From Octopus bimaculoides (taxonomy: Eukaryota): a stretch of 64,000 nt of DNA. The stretch lies in assembly GCF_001194135.2 (NCBI RefSeq), contig NC_068995.1, positions 3,799,232 through 3,863,231 on the forward strand, given 5' to 3'. A program made the translations under genes and the position numbers. Below are positions 49,235-60,662 of the stretch, one piece after another; position 1 is the stretch's first letter; every line of letters begins with the position of its first letter. The notes beneath the pieces were generated by a model, which had not been told where the DNA came from, did no database searches, and saw only the letters and a program-made list of their open reading frames with translations.

Positions 49235-49679
49235 AACACGACGAAATAAATAGAGAATAAAAAAAAATCTTTTGGGGCTGTCCTCCTTCTTTCTAATTAC
49301 CGAATATAAATGCATTAATCTTTCTTTTGCTCATGGATATATTTAAATAAGATGCATGCATCATATTTGGTTTTCTATATATATTTAGATTGCCTTATGG
49401 TCTGTATAATATAGCTGTCACAAACAGACGACAATTACTACTGCTGCCGCTGCTGCTGCTGCTGCTGATGATGATGGTAGTGGAGTGGTGTTGGTGGTAT
49501 CGATGATGGTAATGAAGATGATAATGGCCACGATGATCTTCCTATAAAATAGCAAACGGCATTACGGTTATTACTACAGCATTAAACACAAAAGCCATTA
49601 TTATTTAAAACAAACAAATGTTTGTTTCTGGGACTGTCTTTTGGTAGAATCTGTTTAGAGTGCCACAAAATCGCGTCTG

Positions 49680-49782
49680 TACTTATTTTTCTTTCCAAGT
49701 GAAAATTTCACGGATTGCGGAGACGTAAACACACCAACATCGGTTGTCAAGCGATGGTGTGGGGTCAAGCACAGACACACAA

Positions 49783-49815
<33 letters not shown>

Positions 49816-49967
49816 TACGACGGGCTTCTTCCAGTTTCCATCTACCAAATCCACTCTCAAGGCTTGAGGCTATATTAGAAAATACTTTCACAAGTGCCAC
49901 AAAGTATTGAACACGGATCCATGTGGTCGGGAAGCAAGCTTCTTATCACACAGCCACGCCTACGCCT
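49680..49967 (-). mobile_element. SINE family B with internal (CATA)n
   Basis: gacgtaaacacaccaacatcggttgtcaagc...tatacgacgggcttcttccagtttccatctaccaaatccactc...gggaagcaagcttcttatcacacagccacgcctacgcc. Confidence 0.9.
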
Positions 49968-50280
49968 GTATGTCTACATTCTAATTTTGTTTACGAAACT
50001 GCCTACCCTCTAACAAATGTGTTTATATATGCAATTCAACATGGAATTTTATCATATAATATAAATCACATTGACTGAAACACCACCGTAGTTTAATAAA
50101 AACGTCGAAATTTTAATTTCCAATAATCAAATTAGTCAAAACTGATAATTAAAGATAAATTAACAGTAGACGTTAAAAATTATTTTTCTCCTACCTGCAA
50201 TTCTAATATGTCAAAATGGTGTCTGTATTTCTATAATTTTAATAATTTCGCGAGAATTATTAAACAATTATATTCTAATG

Positions 50281-50662
50281 GTGTAGGTGTGGCTGTATGG
50301 TTAAGAAGTTCGTTTCGCAACACAGTGGTTTCGGGTTCAATACTGCCACGGCAGCATACCTTGGGTATTTGCCTTTAACTATTACCCAGGCTGACCAGAG
50401 CCTTGTGAGTGGATCTGGTAGATGGAAACTGAAAGAAGCCTATTGTGTGTGTGCGTGTGTGTGTGAGTGTCCACTCCAACTGCTTGACAATCTGTGTTGG
50501 TTTGTTTACGTCCGCGTAACACAGTGATTCCGCAACAAAGACCGATAAAGTAAGTACCAAACTTATAAAAAAAAATGTGCTGGGGTTGTTTTCTTTGATT
50601 AAAGTCATTTCAAGGCGGTCTTCCAGCATGGCCGTAGACCAGGGCTGAAACAAACAAAAGAT
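50281..50662 (+). mobile_element. SINE family B, full length, with internal (GT)n
   Basis: gtgtaggtgtggctgtatggttaagaagttcg...gtggatctggtagatggaaactgaaagaagcc...aaggcggtcttccagcatggccgtagaccagggctgaaacaaacaaaaga. Confidence 0.9.
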
Positions 50663-50790
50663 GGAGATGAAAGATCCTGTCAAAACCTTAAAATGAAATA
50701 CGTCATTATTAATGCCGACGTCGGTTCGTATGTAGAACCTCCATTAATGATCAAATCAGCACTGCTTCATTATCTGATGATTGTATTGCC

Positions 50791-51011
50791 ATATTGGTTT
50801 CAAATTTTGGCACAAGAGCAGCAATTTCGGGGAGGGGGTACATCGATTATATTGACACCATTGTTTAACTGTAACTTATTTTATCGAACTCGAAGTAATG
50901 AAAAGCAAAGTCGACCTCGGTGGAATTTGAACTCAGGAAGTAAAGGCAGACGAAATACCGCCGGACAATTTTTACCCGACGTGTCAACGATTCTGCCAGC
51001 GCTTACCGCCT
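50791..51011 (-). mobile_element. SINE family A, full length
   Basis: atattggtttcaaattttggcacaag...gcaaagtcgacctcggtggaatttgaactcag...gattctgccagcgcttaccgcct. Confidence 0.92.
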
Positions 51012-51396
51012 GAATGTATTACCATACTAATGTGATGCCATGAAATCTGGCATAAGAGTTGTCAGTTGATGAAACAGGAAATAACTACAAGTATGAGGAA
51101 AATTACATGTTAAATATATCTACTTAGTGAATCTTATACGACGAATGGTGAAGGATAACATTGTTCGGTTAAAGATTTTATACAAACCAATCATTGCGTT
51201 GCTGAATTGGTTTTTATTGATGGCGACGATGGCAGCAAAGTGCAAAACAAACAGTTGAAGAAGCTTCGTTTATAAAGCTGTAAAAAACCGGTTTTTTCTT
51301 GTCTTTGCTGTTTGCATTCTTCATTGATTTACATCGACGAAATACACATACATACATAATTATCTATCTATCTATCTATCTACCTACCTACCTACC

Positions 51397-51446
<50 letters not shown>

Positions 51447-52034
51447 ATTGGTCTGTATTTGAGCAAGTCCCGTGCTTTCTGTTCGAAAAGTTGGGCTCCT
51501 ACCCTCTCCTTCTGCCGTAAACTATGTTATTGGAACTTTGACTACGATGACTAGACGTGGGGTGAATACTGGAGTGGTTTCTCGTTGCCTTCTCCAGGTA
51601 TAATATACACGAAACTCTGAGTAATGTAATTCGAGAGTGATTCCATATTGTATTAACAATATTCATCTCGCTTTTCAAATAAAGAACGCTCAGCTTCGGT
51701 TTTGTGACACCTGCTCAAGCACACACACAGATCTGCATATACATGCACATATACACACACGTTCACACACACTCATATAAACACAAGCATAATTTTGGTA
51801 GTGCATATATATATAAGTCAATATGTGTAATTAAATTTCATAATAAATTTAATATTATTCTTTTAATATCGGACTATTAATAACAATCATTAATATCATC
51901 TATATATTAGGTGGTGCTCCAGCATGGCCGCAGTCAAATAACTGAAACAAGTAAAAGAATTCATATGACATTAAGTATATGCTCTTTGACACAAATATTA
52001 TTGTATGATTTTTTTGGTAAAGTAAAAAATTGTC

Positions 52035-52158
52035 TCAAGCCTAGTGGAGCTTCAGATGTTTACGTTCATTAAACACTTACAACGCCCGGTCTGCGAATCG
52101 AAACCGCGATCCCACGATCGACTGTCCGCTGCCCTAACCACTGGCCCATTGCGCCTCC
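52035..52158 (-). mobile_element. SINE family D, tRNA-like 5' head
   Basis: Minus strand ggaggcgcaatgggccagtggttagggcagcggacagtcgatcgtgggatcgcggtttcgattcgcagaccgggcgttgtaagtgtttaatgaacg; A/B-box-like motifs, but no closing acceptor stem, and it continues into non-tRNA sequence. Confidence 0.75.
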
Positions 52159-52796
52159 GCATAGAATTTAGTAAACATTTGTGTCATATATTAAAAGGAT
52201 TAATCAAATAAAAAATTAATATTGTAAAATAGCAAAGCTTTTTTTTAATGCTAATTTTACTTTGAAAACTGAAATAATATTCCTACTGATTGAGTGACTT
52301 TTAAAATTGATTGACACGGAATTCCAACACAAAACCGCTTTTCACCATTAAATATTTCATGTAGCAGCTATTTTATCTTTCATCTGGTTCTTATTCATCA
52401 GTGTTCACATAAATCAACTAAAAATTTTTGATCATCTATCTTACTAATGGATTAGACAGTAAATACGTGTACACTTAGCTCCTACCTGTCGGTATGAACA
52501 CCTATGTGAGCAAAGATTATTTAAGTATCAGAAACGCTACCTCTGTCAATATTTCTAATGAATATCTTGATTTGGCATTGATTATTCTGTTCACAGCCTG
52601 CAGTTCAAGAAGTGACACGATTTCACTCCTACGTCAAGTTTTCGTTTTAACGTCTATTACTAAAATAATTCAGATTATTTTTAGATTTTAAAAATGTAAG
52701 AGGATTCGTATAATATTTTAGTCCAGAGATCCTGATAACATCATCCATTTCTTCTCTACATTTTCCAGGCTCATCTTCAATATTGGTATCCATTAT

Positions 52797-53145
52797 GGAC
52801 GCCCGTGGTTGATGATGGGCTGACATCCGCTGAGACTGCGGCATCTCCGACGCTTCATTGACGAAGATGAACAGGTGTGGTCACCGTTTGTACGGCGCAC
52901 TTTCCCGCAGCTCGTCTCCTTGGTCGAACTGCAACCGTGGATCAAACAGAGACCGAGGCAAGGCGAATGGCACCGCGAGTGTCGCGTTGCTCTCAAGCAA
53001 CTCTGCCGTCCGGGACCAAACTTGTGCGACTTCATTGCAACAAAGGCGTTCTATAGAGGGGAGGTGTGACGACGTTCTCAGGCAGAATCTGGGCGTCGAC
53101 GAGGAACACCTGGCCCGCCTGTTCAGGAGAACTTTTGGGCCGGGA
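52797..53145 (+). mobile_element. Degenerate L1/Tx1-like LINE ORF2 fragment (post-RT region)
   Basis: GC-rich island translating as GRPWLMMG*HPLRLRHLRRFIDEDEQVWSPFVRRTFPQLVSLVELQPWIKQRPRQGEWHRECRVALKQL...KAFYRG, then a frameshift to GRCDDVLRQNLGVDEEHLARLFRRTFGPG. Resembles, from memory, the GGLG(M/L)P...LRL..L.R...W.PFV segment of Tx1-clade ORF2; contains a stop and a frameshift. Confidence 0.55.
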
Positions 53146-53349
53146 GAGGGAGAGAGAAAGAACATTACAAACAATGAATGAGATAGACATGGAATGAAAA
53201 ATCGTATAAATAAAAGCACGTTAAAAACTCTTGTACCGAATATTTAAATTTGTCAACTTAATAAATATTTTTTTCAGTAATTTATCTCAGTTATTTACAA
53301 ATAGCGAATTAAAAATTGAAAAGGAAACATTAAAATTAGACAGTGACAG

Positions 53350-53385
53350 ACTTCGCCGTTTTTACGTCAATACCGGAAGTTGACA
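53350..53385. promoter_or_regulatory. ETS plus bZIP/CRE-like motif pair
   Basis: TTACGTCA 53362-53369 next to ACCGGAAGT 53372-53380, in otherwise very AT-rich unique DNA. Confidence 0.3.
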
Positions 53386-54288
53386 CTCAGAATCCTTTTT
53401 AAAGAAATGAATCATAAATATAAAGCAATATTTTTTATTTCTAATAAAAAATTCAAATGAAGGAGCCTATTATTTGTCCGTGGTGGAATTATTCATGCAT
53501 CACAAGTATGGAAGCAACTGGTGAAACCGTTTTCGCATGAAAAGTGAATAAACACACATCTCTATTTTATATATTATTATATATATATTATACATTATTA
53601 TTATATATATTGTATAATATAGTATGCCATACATATGATAGAAGCCTATTTGAACTTAAGGAAATGCGCTGTGAGTATTATGTGAGTATTATGTGAGTAT
53701 TATATACATTGTACTAAAATTTATTGTGTTAAAATATTATTGTTACGTTGTGAACTAAAACAGAATCTGCGCTGAGCAACAAAAGACAAAACTAAAAGTT
53801 TGTTAATTGTTTAACCCGAATGTATTACTTAATTTGAAATTAGATTTATGTATTCATAAATATTTACATATTCAGAATTTTAAATTAATTCTTCAAATCT
53901 AGTAGGATAAAAATAATTATCAAGTATTTATCTATAAAACAAATGCAATTAGAAAGTTAGTCAATTTTACAACATAAATTGCAAGCAGGAGTTTTGAATG
54001 GTATTTCCGGAGAGAAAAATCGTTTACGGATAAATATTCACAGAAGTTAGTTTTATTCGTAAATCTCAGGAAGTAAACGGATATTACAGTGAACACATCA
54101 AAGTTGATTATTTTAACCGATAAAAAATAATGTTTTGAATAAATTTAACTTAACCAAAGTAAAATTCGTCATATAACGTGGAAGAATCTAGATTGTTTCT
54201 TAACATCTATTTTTAGTTGGTCTCTACAAATCGCATGGCGTACTTAAATGCTTCGAAACACCAGACAAAATTTAATTGATACATCTAT

Positions 54289-54289
<1 letters not shown>

Positions 54290-54366
<77 letters not shown>
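54290..54366. repeat. (GA)n microsatellite
   Basis: Direct reading. Confidence 0.98.
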
Positions 54367-54372
<6 letters not shown>

Positions 54373-54764
54373 CGATCTCATTATACACTCTATCATTCTT
54401 TCACTAATGAACTGTGTTTGCGGAATGGTTAACCAAATGTTTCTACAGAGGCCATAATGTCAAAGAACTCGTCAGTTGGAATCAATTAACACCTATTTGT
54501 ATCACTTGCCAGGCATACACATTTATTTAGCTGCAGCTAATTGCGTTCGATTTCATATTGACAGGAAGTTGTGAGAAAGTCTTCAATGTACCTGCTGTCA
54601 TCACCGCTTGATCTTTTACTAATTAGTAGCATAATATATGATATACCCTGTTAAGTGTACGGGTAGTTACGTATGTATGTTTATTGGTATGTACGTATGT
54701 ACGTATGCCTGCTTGTACGTAAGTATTTATGCATGTATGTATGTGTCTATCTATCCATCCATCC

Positions 54765-54824
<60 letters not shown>

Positions 54825-54871
54825 GTTTTCTCATACATCTACCACTCGGTCGACTAGTCACTGTTCTGCTG

Positions 54872-55022
54872 TTTATCGTTTATCGTTTACTTGTGTCAGT
54901 CATTAGACTACAGCCATGCTGGGGCACGCCTTGAAGTATTTTAGTCGATTTGTTTTTAAAGCCTGGTGCTTATTCATCGGTGCCTTTTACCGAACCGCTA
55001 TGGTACGGAAGCATAAGCGCAT

Positions 55023-55055
<33 letters not shown>

Positions 55056-55225
55056 TATATATATATATATATACAGCAGGCTTCTTTCAGTTTCTGTCAA
55101 CCAAATCTAATCGCAAAGATTTTGTCGGCCTGAAGCTAAAGGAGAACATACATGCCCAAGGTGACATGCAGTAAGACTGAACTCGGAGCCATGTTGCTGG
55201 AAGCAAACTTCTTACCACACAACTA
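54872..55225 (-). mobile_element. SINE family B, full length, with internal (CA)n(TA)n
   Basis: Tail tttacttgtgtcagtcattagactacagccatgctggggcacgcc; body cttctttcagtttctgtcaaccaaatc; head ggaagcaaacttcttaccacacaac. Confidence 0.9.
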
Positions 55226-55241
55226 TATACACACATTTTGC

Positions 55242-55296
<55 letters not shown>

Positions 55297-57892
55297 GTGT
55301 ATTGATACATATATGTGTGTATATATATGTATAAACATGCACACATGCGCGTGCACACACATACAAAAACACAACCACACACACACACACACACACACAC
55401 GCAAATGTGCCAAACGAGTATTGAAGGGTCGGGCATCCCCTAAATTAGCCGCCAAAACACATTGAAATCTTATCCCCCTGTGTTAATATGTCAGATTAGA
55501 TATGCCGTTCGTTTTTCTGTCCACAAGAAAAAGGTGTGATTGTCATGGGCGGAATACATTTCATCCCAAGTCTGCTAAATCAAGGTTGACGTGGCGTGAA
55601 ACAAGCCCTGAATATCTAACATAGATTGTTTAATTAAATAAGCTTATCTAAATCGCAAGGGCATTCTCTCTCACCGACATCGTTAATAGAGTTTTAAAAC
55701 GCTGATGTTAAGACGAAATTAGGACAGTTTAATGAGTTTTGTATTTTCTTTCCTTATTACTGTTGCTACTGTGTTGCTCGATCTTGTTCTCAAAATCGAT
55801 CACGATTATGGCTGAATCGATAGAGCGTCGGGAAAAATGTTTTTCCAGTATTTGTCTCGATGTGTCGCCTTTTGTGTTCAAATGCAGTCGAGGTCGACTT
55901 TGTCATTTTATCATTATATGGGGTCGATAAATAAAGTACCACTCACATACTGGAGGCTGATATTCTTAAATTAGAAATTATAATTAGTTGTCGCCACTGA
56001 CATTTTCTCAGCGGCCAGTTTTGTTACGACTGTAGTTGGAAATATTCTCCATTCGTGATATTTCTGCACTTCAACACTATTGCCTTTGATTAAGCATATC
56101 CCATTAACCTGGTAGCAAAACTTATCAGCAAAAGAGGGACCTATTAAAGTGACGACGAATTGTTGGTTCGGGGTTAGAATTCAGGGCAGCAGTTAAATAA
56201 ATATTTTAGAACAGTATAATAGAAATGCTTTCGGCTGGGCGGAGAATCACATAGTGTATGATTGTGTTACAACCATGGTGAGAAGTTTGGAGAGTCGGTG
56301 GGAAGAAAGAAGTGTAGTTGAAGTAATTAGAGCCTGATTTTGATTGTGATGTAACAAAAAAGGGGCAACGTAGGTCAGTGGAGGTAGATATGAGAAGTCC
56401 TTTGGGTAACTGCAAGTGGTTGCGAGAAAAAGTAGTTATTGCATGCTAGAGATGAATTATGGCAATTGAAGGAAGTGGAGAAAGTACGTTGAAGAGAATA
56501 ATTTTTATAGTAAAGTGTGTAGCCCTTGGCAAACCTCACTTAGAAGAATAGGGAAAACATTTTTTGATAGCAGTTCGTGCTCCAGGCCACTACAGAGCCA
56601 TCTTTGTCAGTTGTTTTACTTGTACGGCACTTTCAGTTATAATGAAATGTCTTGACAACACAAAATCGGAGCCAGTAGAATCTAACTTTCAATGAATGTT
56701 TAAAGTATAAGGCAGAGAAAAATGAACATAAGAAAACAAATAAATAAAATTGAAGTTCTTATTTTTAAAATTTAAAGATAAAAGAAAGACGTAACAAATG
56801 ATAAATCTTGACATGTATCTGCAAAATGCAAAATGTTTGGGTAAAGATGAGAAAAGAAATGAAGAAAATAGATAAAAGAATTAAGAGAAAGTTTTTCGAA
56901 ATATAAAGAAAATGGAAGAAAAGAATTAATAAAAATGCTTTGATCGAAGAGAAGAAACACTTTGAATATTGCAATAAAAATTTTAACAATTACAGTGACG
57001 TCAACGTTTCACTGTTTATTTTAATTTTTTTTTCTTATTTATCTTTTATAATGTACAACATTAATTTATAAAAAGATAAAACTTTAAACTTTCTTTTTAT
57101 TCTAAATCACAACTGCTGATTCGGATCTATACAGAAAAGTGATATGGAGAGACAGAAAAAAAAAGAAGACCAAATTGTTAAAAAGGGCTTCGAAGAGTAT
57201 ACGTAAAGAAAAAAAAATAATCAATTATGACAAAAGACTTGATTCTAAGACTGAGAAAGGAGACGGAAGAATGTATATTTTCTAAGAGCAGCACAGAATA
57301 TATTCTTCGCTATAATTGGAAAGTAGTAGTCAAGCAGATTGTAATTGTTTTTATTCCTCGTAACCATTCTTAGAAATGTTAAAGGAAAAAGAAAATGGTA
57401 AACATGATAGTGTAATCAGAAGAGGCTAATATTAGGTTAGGAAAAAAAAATAATTGTACCATAAACGAGATTTCAGCAAAGAAATATAGCACGTGATTAC
57501 ACAGTTAAATAAGTGCAAAATCTGAAGGCAAATATATGGTGGAATGTTATTTTGATATAAAGAGGAAATGAAATAACAACAGAACCTGTATTAAATTGGT
57601 AGTCGGAGACAAATTCCGAATAATTTGTTTTTATCACATTTTTATGCAGAAACAAAATGGCGGTTGTTTTCTGTGTTACATTTTGGAATAACTACTGTAC
57701 TTCAGTTGTTTCAAATTTTTTATCACACATGCAAGTAGTTCTTTTTTCAGCAAAGCGCCATTTTCTCACTGCTGTCCCCATTCTCTTCTTTCATATCGTA
57801 CGTTGTTTGGTATAAATAGAACAATATTTCCAATTAAGATGATTTCTTTACAAACTATAAAGGAATAAGCATGACCCTTTAATAGTGAGATA

Positions 57893-58290
57893 TTTACTCT
57901 TACTTGTTTCAGTCACAGAACTGCGGTCATACTGGGGCAATAGTTGTAGCTGATCATATCGACGCAGATACTCTTATAAAGCGTGGTATCTAATTTATCG
58001 ATCTTTGCTCATTTAGTTCTTCCACACGTTTACGGGACATAAATAGACACCATTTTGTTTTTGAAGCGGTCTTAACTCAACAACGGACATAAATGTAAAC
58101 ACCCAGACAGTCGGATACACAGACTCACTAAACTATGTACAGAGAGAGCGGTCTTCTACACAGTTTCCGTCTACCTGTTTCACTCACAAAGCGTCAGTGA
58201 TTCGATGCTGTAGTAGAATACATTTCTCCCAGGTTCCACATAGTGGGGCTGAATCCGTGTTCATGAGATTGAAAAGCAAACTTCTTCACC
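57893..58290 (-). mobile_element. Diverged SINE family B
   Basis: tactcttacttgtttcagtcacagaactgcggtcatactggggc...cagtttccgtctacctgtttcactcacaaag...gaaaagcaaacttcttcacc. Confidence 0.8.
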
Positions 58291-58499
58291 CCTTTATTTT
58301 GGTTTTGTTTATCTTATATAAATATAAGTGAACAGCAGCGTCGTTACTTGCAGCATTCCACCAGAAGTTAATGGTTCTCGGGATTTGTGAGAGGGAAAGG
58401 AACAAAACGGAGTATTTGAACTCGGTGCAGATAAATTATGGTAAGAAATTTAGCTACAAAAGTACCGCTTTGTGATCTATGTCAATAAAAGTTAAACGC

Positions 58500-58514
58500 G
58501 TATCTATCTGTCTG

Positions 58515-58583
<69 letters not shown>

Positions 58584-58672
58584 TAAAATATAGATATGCA
58601 GGGCAGGGAATCGTCAATTAGTAATAAAATTAATAATTAACAATTTTGCCGGGTAGCTCAGTATGAAAAAAC

Positions 58673-58739
<67 letters not shown>
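58500..58739. repeat. Two (TATC)n blocks (about 58500-58582 and 58674-58739)
   Basis: Direct reading. Confidence 0.96.
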
Positions 58740-59383
58740 CATATACATGTGTGTGTCTGTGTATGTGTGTGAGTATATATATATGGTGCAAAAACATTTA
58801 AAAAACACGATGACGTGGTAATTAAAGAAACAGGTTTACGCCCAGAAAAAAATATGTGGGGAAGTGTTTTACAGACTCTTCTACAGAAAGAATAGAGGAA
58901 AGAAAAAAAAAAACCAGAAAGAGAAAAATACAAACATGTCTCAGTTAGACGGTCATCGCATGCTGAAATGACCGGAAGAGCAGGTGGCTAGAGGCGTGAA
59001 TGATAAGACAGCTGTGAGAGTTGAATCGATAAGTATGTGGCAGTGGGGCCATTTGTGAACCAGGAATATCTGTGCATGTGTATGAACAAGCGCGTGGTAT
59101 TTATGAAGCTAATGTGTGCGTGTATATATCTAGTACGAGGGTAGATTTTATCGAGGGTACCTTCTTTCGAGTTGAGCAATCGATAATATAAAATTACTTG
59201 TCGAAGGTCATTGGGAAATATGTGAAAGATGTTTTCATTCTCACGTAAAGACATTTTGAGATTCTTCCGTAATTTTTATCAATATTTTTGAAAATCAACT
59301 GATTTGGTCCAGGAGAATGAAATGTGCGAATTATCCTGCACATACCCCTTGTACTTGCCAGATAACGCAAATAAAACGAGTAT

Positions 59384-59488
59384 AAGCAGATAATATGAGA
59401 GAAGCAGATAATATGAGAGAAGCAGATAATATGAGAGAAGCAGATAATATGAGAGAAGCAGATAATATGAGAGAAGCAGATAATATGA
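59384..59488. repeat. Perfect 18-bp tandem repeat, 5.8 copies (AAGCAGATAATATGAGAG)
   Basis: Units at 59384, 59402, 59420, 59438, 59456 and a partial unit at 59474. Confidence 0.98.
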
Positions 59489-60439
59489 AGAATTGCTAGA
59501 GTGAGTTGGATAGGGAAGTAGTTCCTGGTGACAGGGAGGCTAACTGCTTGTGAAGGGGTTGTAAATGGGCGTGAGACGGAAGACTGATTGACTGCCATAG
59601 AGAGATAATTGAAACAATGTCACTCGAGTATTTTTAGCTCAACTACTGTAACTTCTAGAAAACTGAAGTGTGATCGACTTTAATAAATCTTCAGCTATTT
59701 TACGCCCCAGGATGTTAAATCGCTTTTCTTCTAATATAATAAATACATTGTGGATTAACAAGATAATTTTAGAAATTTATTAAGGAAAAACGTTAAATGA
59801 TTTTATGCATAAAGAGAGTATTATTTTATAAGAAAACAGATTAGTTATTTTAAGATTAAAATCAATGTACTCCAGCAATTTCTCTTATTTTATTAAAAAA
59901 ATTATATATATTTAATGTACACATTTTACTCGTTTCTTAAATACTTCTTTCAATATTGACTCCTGCTATAATGGAAAAGCAAAGAAGAGAAAGAGTTATT
60001 GGTATCTTTTAAAAATCTTTGACAGTAAATCACAGGCGCTTATAATGTCCTTCGACGTCTCACGCGATAATATTCACTTTAATTTAGATTTAGAAAACAA
60101 CCTCTGTATAAAGCAGCGTTTGTTTAGTTGCTGGTTGTCTACAGGAAGAGTTAATGCCTCTGACAGTTGCAGGCCGGTCTTGGTCAGTCAAGTTGACACC
60201 AATAATGTTCTTCATGAACATTCATAAGTCAACACTTGCAGAAAAAAACATGAGCAGGAAGAGAATTTCAGAGAAGAATCTTTGGGCAAAAAGAACTGGT
60301 TACAGTGATTATTGCAGAGCCTAAGGTTTGAACGCAACAAAGGGATTGAGACGGAGAGGTATTTATATGAGACAAGAATGCTTAAATGTTAGTGTCTTGG
60401 GCCCAACGAACTTCAAGGAGTAGAAGCCATTATAGTAGT

Positions 60440-60595
60440 GATAGAACAGTCAGTGCTCAGTTGGTACTTATTTCCTCAACCCCGAATGGGAGAAAGGCAA
60501 AGTCGATCTCGGCGTAATTTGAACTCAGAATGGCATAAAACCTGACGAAATGCCGCCAAGCATTTTCTTTGGCGTGCTAATGATTCCTCCAGGTT
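60440..60595 (-). mobile_element. SINE family A, followed by (AAT)n at 60599-60662
   Basis: ctcagttggtacttatttcctcaaccccgaatgggagaaaggcaaagtcgatctcggcgtaatttgaactcag...gacgaaatgccgccaagcatttt. Confidence 0.85.
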
Positions 60596-60597
60596 TC

Positions 60598-60662
<65 letters not shown>

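Noticed and set aside
51611-51624. GAAACTCTGAGTAA identical to the 3' half of the 10-kb hammerhead
   Set aside because: There is no CUGANGA or stem II upstream and the flanks do not match; it is an orphan half-motif at best.
52080-52158. Functional tRNA gene
   Set aside because: The B-box is degenerate, there is no acceptor-stem closure, and it continues into SINE body sequence. It is a SINE head.
52722-53069. Selenoprotein or stop read-through at the in-frame TGA (52821-52823) within a long open frame
   Set aside because: The downstream peptide fits a decayed L1/Tx1 ORF2 that also has a frameshift; there is no selenoprotein motif (such as CxxU) and no SECIS was recognised.
57653-57663. Extra YY1-like motifs (CAAAATGGCGG here; GCCGCCATCTTT at 63513-63524) as promoters
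   Set aside because: They are isolated short motifs with no supporting exon structure and may derive from transposon relics.
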